Of a DNA stretch of 53,327 bases, positions 47,063-53,327 are shown piece after piece. Source of the DNA: Clostridia bacterium (GTDB lineage Bacteria > Bacillota > Clostridia > Oscillospirales > CAG-382); the NCBI GenBank assembly GCA_017563195.1, contig JAFXDO010000037.1, forward strand, positions 1 to 53,327, in the 5' to 3' direction. Position 1 is the first letter of the stretch. Every line of letters starts with the position of its first letter. Under the pieces are notes generated by a model. It had not been told where the DNA came from and ran no database searches. It was given only the letters and a program-made list of their open reading frames with translations. The translations under genes were made by a program, and so were the position numbers.

Positions 47063-49057
47063 ATGCAAAGAATCGGTGTATTTGTATGCTGGTGTGGCAG
47101 CAACATCGCGGGAACCGTCGACGTTGTGGCTGTTGCCGAGGCTTTGAAGAAAGAGCCCGGAGTAGTCTTTTCCGCCAACTATCAGTATATGTGCTCGCAG
47201 GCAGGTCAGGATCTTATCAAGCAGGCCGTTAAGGAACACAACCTTACCGGTATCGTAGTTTGCTCCTGCTCTCCCCGTATGCACGAAGCAACCTTCCGCA
47301 AGACCGCGGCGGCTGCAGGCCTCAACCCCTATATGGTTGAAATCGCTAACATCCGTGAGCAGTGCTCCTGGGTCCACAAGGAAATGCCCATCGGTACCGA
47401 AAAGGCTATCATCCTCGGTAAGGCGGCTATCGCTAAGGTAAACCTCAACGTACCCCTCACCCCCGGTGAATCGCCGGTTACCAAGCGTGCCCTCGTTATC
47501 GGCGGCGGTATCGCAGGTATCCAGACCGCTCTCGACATCGCTGACGCAGGCTTTGAGGTAGACATTGTAGAAAAGAAGCCCACCATCGGCGGTAAGATGG
47601 CTCAGCTCGACAAGACCTTCCCGACGCTCGACTGCGCGGCTTGTATCCTCACCCCTAAGATGGTTGACGTCGCTCAGAACGAAAAGATCCGCATCTTCTC
47701 GTACAGCGAGGTGACCGAGGTCAAGGGCTTCGTCGGCAACTTCGACGTTAAGATCAAGAAGAAGGCTCGTTACGTTAAGGAAGAGCTTTGTACCGGCTGC
47801 GGTGCTTGTACCGAAAAGTGTCCCATGAAGAAGGTTCCCAACGACTTTAACCTCAACATGGACACCAAGCGTGCGATCTATATTCCCTTTGCACAGGCGG
47901 TTCCGAAGGTCGCGACCATCGACCCCGACTACTGTAATATGCTCAAGAACGGCAAATGCGGTGTTTGCTCCAAGGTTTGTACCGCAGGCGCTATCGATTA
48001 TACTCAGAAGGACGAATTCATCGAGGAAAAGTACGGTGCAATCGTTGTTGCGACCGGCTTCAATCCCATCAGCATGGATAAGTTCGACGAATTCGCTTAC
48101 AATCAGTCCAAGGACGTTATCACCTCTCTTGAATTCGAGCGTCTTACCAACGCCGCAGGTCCTACCGCAGGTAAGCTTCTCCGTCCCTCCGACGGAAAGC
48201 ATCCCGAAAAGATCGTTTTCGTACAGTGCGTAGGCTCGCGTTGCGATGCTTGCAACGAAAAGGGCAAGGAATATTGCTCGAAGATCTGCTGTATGTACAC
48301 CGCTAAGCACGCAATGCTTACCCGTGACAAGTATCCCGACACCGACGTTACCGTATTCTACATAGACGTAAGAACACCCGGTAAGAACTTCGACGAATTC
48401 TATCGCAGAGCAGTCGAGGAATACGGCGTTCACTACATCAAGGGTATGGTCGGCAAGGTCAGCCCCGAGGGTGACAAGCTTATGGTTCAGGCCTCCGATC
48501 TTCTTGACAACAAGCAGCTCAAGATCGAAGCAGACCTTGTAGTTCTTGCCGCGGCTATCGAGCCCGACAAGTCGGCACGTCCTTTAGCGACCATGCTTAC
48601 CGCAAGCATGGACACCAACGACTTCTTCACCGAAGCGCATCCCAAGCTTCGTCCCGTAGAGAGCCCCACGGCAGGCGTATTCCTTTCGGGCGCGTGCCAG
48701 GGTCCCAAGGACATTCCCGAAACCGTTGCTCAGGCAGGTGCCGCAGCATCTAAGGTTATCGGTCTTCTTGCAAAAGACAAGCTCACCGGCAACCCCTGCG
48801 TTGCTCACTCGAACGAGCTTATGTGTAACGGCTGCTCGAGCTGTGAAAGAGTATGTCCCTACGGCGCTATCACTTACGAGGATAAGGAATTCCGTATGCC
48901 CGACAGAACCACTCAGATTCGCAGGATCGCAGTAGTAAATCCCGCAGTCTGCCAAGGCTGTGGATGCTGTACAGTTGCTTGTCCTTCGGGCGCAATGGAT
49001 CTCAAGGGATTCGCAAGCGAACAGATCATGGCGGAGGTTGATGCAATATGCAAGTAA
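47063..49057 (+). CDS. hdrA: Heterodisulfide reductase subunit A
   Basis: RIGVFVCWCG.NI, ANIREQCSWVH, GGGIAG, DKTFPTLDC, QCVGSR, CSKICC, GPKDIP. Confidence 0.95.
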   Translation: MQRIGVFVCWCGSNIAGTVDVVAVAEALKKEPGVVFSANYQYMCSQAGQDLIKQAVKEHNLTGIVVCSCSPRMHEATFRKTAAAAGLNPYMVEIANIREQCSWVHKEMPIGTEKAIILGKAAIAKVNLNVPLTPGESPVTKRALVIGGGIAGIQTALDIADAGFEVDIVEKKPTIGGKMAQLDKTFPTLDCAACILTPKMVDVAQNEKIRIFSYSEVTEVKGFVGNFDVKIKKKARYVKEELCTGCGACTEKCPMKKVPNDFNLNMDTKRAIYIPFAQAVPKVATIDPDYCNMLKNGKCGVCSKVCTAGAIDYTQKDEFIEEKYGAIVVATGFNPISMDKFDEFAYNQSKDVITSLEFERLTNAAGPTAGKLLRPSDGKHPEKIVFVQCVGSRCDACNEKGKEYCSKICCMYTAKHAMLTRDKYPDTDVTVFYIDVRTPGKNFDEFYRRAVEEYGVHYIKGMVGKVSPEGDKLMVQASDLLDNKQLKIEADLVVLAAAIEPDKSARPLATMLTASMDTNDFFTEAHPKLRPVESPTAGVFLSGACQGPKDIPETVAQAGAAASKVIGLLAKDKLTGNPCVAHSNELMCNGCSSCERVCPYGAITYEDKEFRMPDRTTQIRRIAVVNPAVCQGCGCCTVACPSGAMDLKGFASEQIMAEVDAICK

Positions 49058-49482
49058 AAGAATATAAGCCGCTTATCGTGGCATTCTGCTGTAACTGGTG
49101 CTCATACGCAGGCGCAGACCTTGCGGGCAACAACAGACTTAACTATCCCGCGGACGTAAAGATCATCCGTGTTCCCTGCTCCTGCAGAGTAAACCCGATG
49201 TTCGTTCTTCGCGCTTTCCAGCGCGGTGCCGACGGTGTTATCCTTTGCGGATGCCACCCCGGTGACTGCCACTACACCTCCGGCAACTACTACACCCGCC
49301 GCAGAATGGCGTTGCTCTTCTCTATGCTCGATTACCTCGGCATTGAAAGAGAGCGCACCAGAGTTGAATGGGTTTCTGCAGCTGAGGGTGCAAAGTTTGC
49401 CGCAACTATGAACGATTTCGCCGAAAAGGTCGCTGCCTTGGGCGAAAACAAGAGATTGGAGGACCTCCGATGCAAAAAATAA
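49048..49482 (+). CDS. MvhD-like [2Fe-2S] subunit (FlxD-type)
   Basis: FCCNWCSYAGAD, RVPCSCRV, GCHPGDCHY..GN, WVSAAEG. Confidence 0.9.
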   Translation: MQVKEYKPLIVAFCCNWCSYAGADLAGNNRLNYPADVKIIRVPCSCRVNPMFVLRAFQRGADGVILCGCHPGDCHYTSGNYYTRRRMALLFSMLDYLGIERERTRVEWVSAAEGAKFAATMNDFAEKVAALGENKRLEDLRCKK

Positions 49483-50456
49483 CTCGTGACGTATTGGTCG
49501 AAAAGGCGGTATCTCTTCTCGAAAACGGCAGTGTATCCTGTGTTCTCGGTTGGAAGAAGGGCGAATTCGACTACGACATAACTCCCGCGGTTTTCGAAAG
49601 CAAGGAGGAGCTCGTTAGCGACTTCATTTTCGATGATTTCTGCGGCGCAAACTTTTCCAAATATCTTGTTCAGAAGACTCGCAAGGTGGAAGGCAAAATC
49701 CTTGTTTTCCTCAAGCCCTGCGACACTTACAGCTTCAACCAGCTCCTCACCGAGCATCGTTTTGACAGAGAAAAGGTCTACGCGGTTGGCATCCCCTGCG
49801 AGGGCATGGTTGATATCGGTAAGATCAAGGCTATCACCGGCGATGGTATATCGAGCATCGTTTGCGGCGATACCATCAAGGTAAATACCATTTACGACGA
49901 AAGCTTCGATATCAACGCTAAGGACGTACTTCTCGAGCGTTGCATCAACTGCAAGAGCAAGAAGCACGTCGCTTACGACGAGCTCATCGGCGAAGAGGGC
50001 GAGGTAATCGAATCCAACAGATTCGACGAGGTCGCAAGACTCGAGGCTATGACTCCCGACGAAAGATTCGCATTCTGGCAGAACGAGCTTTCCAAGTGCA
50101 TCCGTTGCAACGCTTGTCGCGACGTATGCCCTGCCTGCACCTGCGAAAAGTGCGTATTCAACAACCCCAAGTCGGGTGTTGAAAACAAGGCTCCCGCAAA
50201 CGAATTCGAGGAAAAGATGTTCCACATCATCCGCGCATTCCACGTTGCAGGCCGTTGCACCGACTGCGGCGAATGCTCGAGAGTATGTCCCCAGAACATT
50301 CCTCTTCACCTCCTGAACAGAAAGTTCATCAAGGACATCGACAGCTTTTACGGCGAATATCAGGCAGGTGCAGAGGTTGGCTCGCGCGCACCGCTTGTCA
50401 ACTACACCACCGAGGACATCGAGCCCTGCGACGTTTTTGAAAGGGGGAACGACTGA
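49470..50456 (+). CDS. 4Fe-4S protein of the Flx/Hdr cluster (FlxC-like)
   Basis: KPCD, CIRCNACRDVCPAC.C, FHIIRAFHVAGRCTDCGECSRVCP. Confidence 0.8.
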   Translation: MQKITRDVLVEKAVSLLENGSVSCVLGWKKGEFDYDITPAVFESKEELVSDFIFDDFCGANFSKYLVQKTRKVEGKILVFLKPCDTYSFNQLLTEHRFDREKVYAVGIPCEGMVDIGKIKAITGDGISSIVCGDTIKVNTIYDESFDINAKDVLLERCINCKSKKHVAYDELIGEEGEVIESNRFDEVARLEAMTPDERFAFWQNELSKCIRCNACRDVCPACTCEKCVFNNPKSGVENKAPANEFEEKMFHIIRAFHVAGRCTDCGECSRVCPQNIPLHLLNRKFIKDIDSFYGEYQAGAEVGSRAPLVNYTTEDIEPCDVFERGND

Positions 50457-51472
50457 TGCTTAAGTGTTCTATCGACGCATTAAACGGCGTTTTCGCGAAG
50501 ATCGCGGCTGACGCTACCCTTTATCTCCCCACCGACAAGGACGGTAGTACCGTTTACGCAGAGTGGTCCGAGGGCGTAGAATTGAGCAATGCGCTCAATA
50601 CCGCCAAGAGCCCCAAGGATTTCTTCTTCCCTCAGGTCGAGGATCTTATGAAGTTCAAGGTTGAGGGCAAGAGCATCTCTGTAGACGACATACGCTCCGA
50701 ATCCGAGGATTTCGTGGTATTCGGCGTTCGCGCTTGCGACGTAAGAAGCTTTGACATTCTCGACAGAGTTTTCCTTGTCGAGCCCTACGACAGCTATTAT
50801 GCATCCCGCAGAGAGCACGGCGTTATCATCTCGATGGCGTGCTCCAAGCCTGCTGAAACCTGCTTCTGCCGTACCTTCGGCATCGATTGCACCAACCCCG
50901 GCGGTGATATTGCAGTCTGGAAGACCGAGGATTCGGTTTATTGGAATGCTAACACCGAAAAGGGCGAAAAGCTTTTGAGCAAGCTCGGTCTTGAGGAATG
51001 CTCCGACGACGCGGTCAACGCTCAGAAGGAAAAGACCGAAAAGATCATGAGCAAGCTTCCGCTTGCAGGTCTCACCACCGACGGCTTCGGCGGCGGCAAG
51101 ACGCTCGATCTCTTCAACCGTCCCGAATGGAAGTCGCTTTCGGAATCCTGCTTGGGTTGCGGCACCTGTACCTTTGTATGCCCCACCTGTCAGTGCTACG
51201 ACGTGAAGGACTTCAACACCGGTAACGCGATTATCAGATACCGCTGCTGGGACTCCTGCATGTATTCCGACTTCACCAAGATGGCACACGGCAACAACCG
51301 TAACAGTCAGGTTGAAAGATTCAGACAGAGATTTATGCACAAGCTTGTTTACTATCCCGAAAACAACGAAGGTATTTTCGGTTGCGTAGGCTGTGGCAGA
51401 TGTCTTGCCAAGTGTCCCATCTCTATGAATATCGTTAAGGTTATGAAAACTATCGGAGGTAACGCAGAATGA
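50456..51472 (+). CDS. AsrA-like 4Fe-4S protein (FlxB-like)
   Basis: GVRACD, TCFC, CLGCGTCTFVCPTCQC, WDSC, RFRQRFMHK, CVGCGRC...CP. Confidence 0.85.
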   Translation: MLKCSIDALNGVFAKIAADATLYLPTDKDGSTVYAEWSEGVELSNALNTAKSPKDFFFPQVEDLMKFKVEGKSISVDDIRSESEDFVVFGVRACDVRSFDILDRVFLVEPYDSYYASRREHGVIISMACSKPAETCFCRTFGIDCTNPGGDIAVWKTEDSVYWNANTEKGEKLLSKLGLEECSDDAVNAQKEKTEKIMSKLPLAGLTTDGFGGGKTLDLFNRPEWKSLSESCLGCGTCTFVCPTCQCYDVKDFNTGNAIIRYRCWDSCMYSDFTKMAHGNNRNSQVERFRQRFMHKLVYYPENNEGIFGCVGCGRCLAKCPISMNIVKVMKTIGGNAE

Positions 51473-52302
51473 ATACACGTAAAGAGCCGTTGATTCCTAC
51501 TGTCGGCGTTATCACCGACGTACGTCTTGATACACCCGATATCAAGACCTTCCGTGTTGTAACTCCCGACGGAAAGAAGGCGTTTGACCATATGCCCGGT
51601 CAGTGCGCTATGCTTTCCATCCCCGGTGTGGGCGAGGCGATGTTTTCCATCACCTCCTCCCCCACAAACACCGAATATATGGAATTTTCCATTAAAAAGT
51701 GCGGCTGTGTAACCGAATGGTTGCATCAGGCAGAGGTTGGTCAGAACATCACCATCCGCGGTCCGTACGGCAAGCCCTTCCCCGTTGATACCGAATTTGC
51801 GGGCAAGAACCTCCTGTTCATCGCAGGCGGCGTTGCGCTTGCTCCGCTCCGCTCGGTCATCAACTACGTTCGTCACTACAAGGACAGATACGGTAAGATC
51901 GACATCGTTTACGGTGCAAGAAGCAAGGAAGACCTTCTTCAGTACCGCGAGATCATCGAGGAATGGTCTGTTGACGAGGGTGTAACCGTTCACCTTACCA
52001 TCGACCGTGAGCAGGAGGGCTGGGACGGACACGTTGGATTTGTTCCCAACTACGTCAAGGAGCTTGGATTCGATACCGACAAGACCGTTATACTTTGCGG
52101 ACCTCCCATTATGATCAAGTTCACGCTCGCAGGTCTTACCGAGCTCGGCTTCGTCAAGGATCAGGTCTACACGACGCTCGAGCTTAAGATGAAGTGTGCG
52201 ATCGGCAAATGCGGCAGATGCAACGTCGGCTCCAAGTACGTCTGCAAGGACGGTCCCGTTTTCCGTCTCGACGAGCTTGACGAGCTTCCCAATGAGTATT
52301 AA
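51469..52302 (+). CDS. FAD/NAD-binding subunit, AsrB/PyrK-like (FlxA-like)
   Basis: PGQ, RGPYG, AGGVALAPLR, CGPPIMI, MKCAIGKCGRC...CKDGPVF. Confidence 0.88.
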   Translation: MNTRKEPLIPTVGVITDVRLDTPDIKTFRVVTPDGKKAFDHMPGQCAMLSIPGVGEAMFSITSSPTNTEYMEFSIKKCGCVTEWLHQAEVGQNITIRGPYGKPFPVDTEFAGKNLLFIAGGVALAPLRSVINYVRHYKDRYGKIDIVYGARSKEDLLQYREIIEEWSVDEGVTVHLTIDREQEGWDGHVGFVPNYVKELGFDTDKTVILCGPPIMIKFTLAGLTELGFVKDQVYTTLELKMKCAIGKCGRCNVGSKYVCKDGPVFRLDELDELPNEY

Positions 52303-52319
52303 TAAAGGAGATTCCGAAA

Positions 52320-52994
52320 ATGTCTAATATGGTAAATATTTTCCTGTTCGGTAAAAAGTACGAGGTTCCGGACAATTTAACTATAATGAACGCAATGGAA
52401 TACGCCGGCTATCAGCTCGTTCGCGGTTGCGGATGCCGTAACGGCTTCTGCGGTGCCTGCGCTACCATCTACCGCATCAAGGGCGACAAGGAACTGAAGT
52501 CCTGTCTCGCTTGCCAGACCAAGGTAGAGGACAATATGTACATTGCGACCCTTCCCTTCTTCCCTCTCGTGAAGCAGGTATACGACATCAACAAGGTTCC
52601 CGTAACCGAAACCGTTATGATGCAGCTCTATCCCGAGATCTATGCCTGCATCGGCTGTAACGCCTGCACCAAGGCTTGTACTCAGGAGCTCAACGTTATG
52701 CAGTACATTGCATACGCTCAGCGCGGCGACTTTGAAAAGTGTGCTGAGGAATCCTTCGACTGCGTAATGTGCGGCGTTTGCTCGTCGCGTTGCCCCGCAG
52801 GCATTTCGCATCCTCAGGTTGCAATGCTCGCGCGCAGAATCAACGGTAAGTACCTTGCTCCCGACTGCGGACATCTTAACGACCGCGTTCAGGAGATCAA
52901 GGACGGCACTTTCACCGAGCTCATCGAGGCTCTCATGCAGAAGCCCGTTGAGGAAATGAAAGAGCTTTACAACAACCGTGAGATCGAGAAATAA
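52320..52994 (+). CDS. Fumarate reductase/succinate dehydrogenase iron-sulfur subunit-like protein
   Basis: 2Fe-2S GCRNGFCGAC...LAC plus CIGCNACTKAC and CVMCGVCSSRC. Directly before an FAD-binding gene. Confidence 0.7.
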   Translation: MSNMVNIFLFGKKYEVPDNLTIMNAMEYAGYQLVRGCGCRNGFCGACATIYRIKGDKELKSCLACQTKVEDNMYIATLPFFPLVKQVYDINKVPVTETVMMQLYPEIYACIGCNACTKACTQELNVMQYIAYAQRGDFEKCAEESFDCVMCGVCSSRCPAGISHPQVAMLARRINGKYLAPDCGHLNDRVQEIKDGTFTELIEALMQKPVEEMKELYNNREIEK

Positions 52995-53008
52995 GGAGGG
53001 CTGACGAG

Positions 53009-53327
53009 ATGTATTCCGAAAAATTCCAAAAATCCTTAGCGGCAGTTGAGGCTGCAAGAGAAAAGAACATCGCTCTTGAGCCCGCTCGTATGACCGCACA
53101 GCAGAAGACCGATCTTCTCGCCGAATACCATCCCGACTACAAGCAGGATGAATTCGAGCTTCTTCAGATTGGTCCCAACAAGGGTGACAAGGTTCCCAAG
53201 GAGCTTGCGGCTACCCTTCAGGCTCACAGCAGAATATGTCCCTGCTGCGTTGATCTCGAAAACCCCGACTACGACGTTGACGTTCTCGTCATCGGCGGCG
53301 GCGGTGCAGGTTCCTCTGCAGCTATCG
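53009..53327 (+). CDS. FAD-binding protein, probable fumarate reductase flavoprotein (5' part, truncated by the window edge)
   Basis: AAGGAGG RBS. Hand translation MYSEKFQKSL...YDVDVLVIGGGGAGSSAAI with the Rossmann GxGxxG motif typical of FrdA/SdhA/NadB. Confidence 0.7.
   Translation, partial: MYSEKFQKSLAAVEAAREKNIALEPARMTAQQKTDLLAEYHPDYKQDEFELLQIGPNKGDKVPKELAATLQAHSRICPCCVDLENPDYDVDVLVIGGGGAGSSAAI

Overview
Chromosomal window from an anaerobic Clostridia-like Firmicute, probably gut-associated. This is inferred from sigma-A promoters, Rex, BlaI/M56, a dockerin and Hdr/Flx genes. From left to right it holds: glnA; divergent tRNA-Thr(CGT) and tRNA-Leu(CAA), each followed directly by a copy of the same 162-bp structured element that supplies a -35 box to different downstream cargo; cca; glycan-active enzymes (GHL10-like, GH20, GH35); a BlaI/M56 pair; an oxidative-stress operon (flavodiiron protein, desulfoferrodoxin, rubredoxin, Bfd-like protein, ZIP transporter); a C39-like peptidase with dockerin; an AT-rich secreted protease/lipoprotein pair; a complete shikimate-Phe/Tyr operon headed by an unannotated Phe/Tyr-rich leader peptide and attenuator; citrate synthase and two LysR regulators; and a long redox cluster (rex, sensory and catalytic [FeFe]-hydrogenases, mdh, fumC, hdrBCA, flx-like genes, soluble fumarate reductase-like genes) running off the right edge. 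The strongest novelty candidates are the tRNA-anchored promoter-donating mini-element, the Phe/Tyr leader-peptide attenuator, and the WapA-like caspase-fold protease with its PepSY-like lipoprotein. All protein calls come from motif recognition by eye, not database searches.
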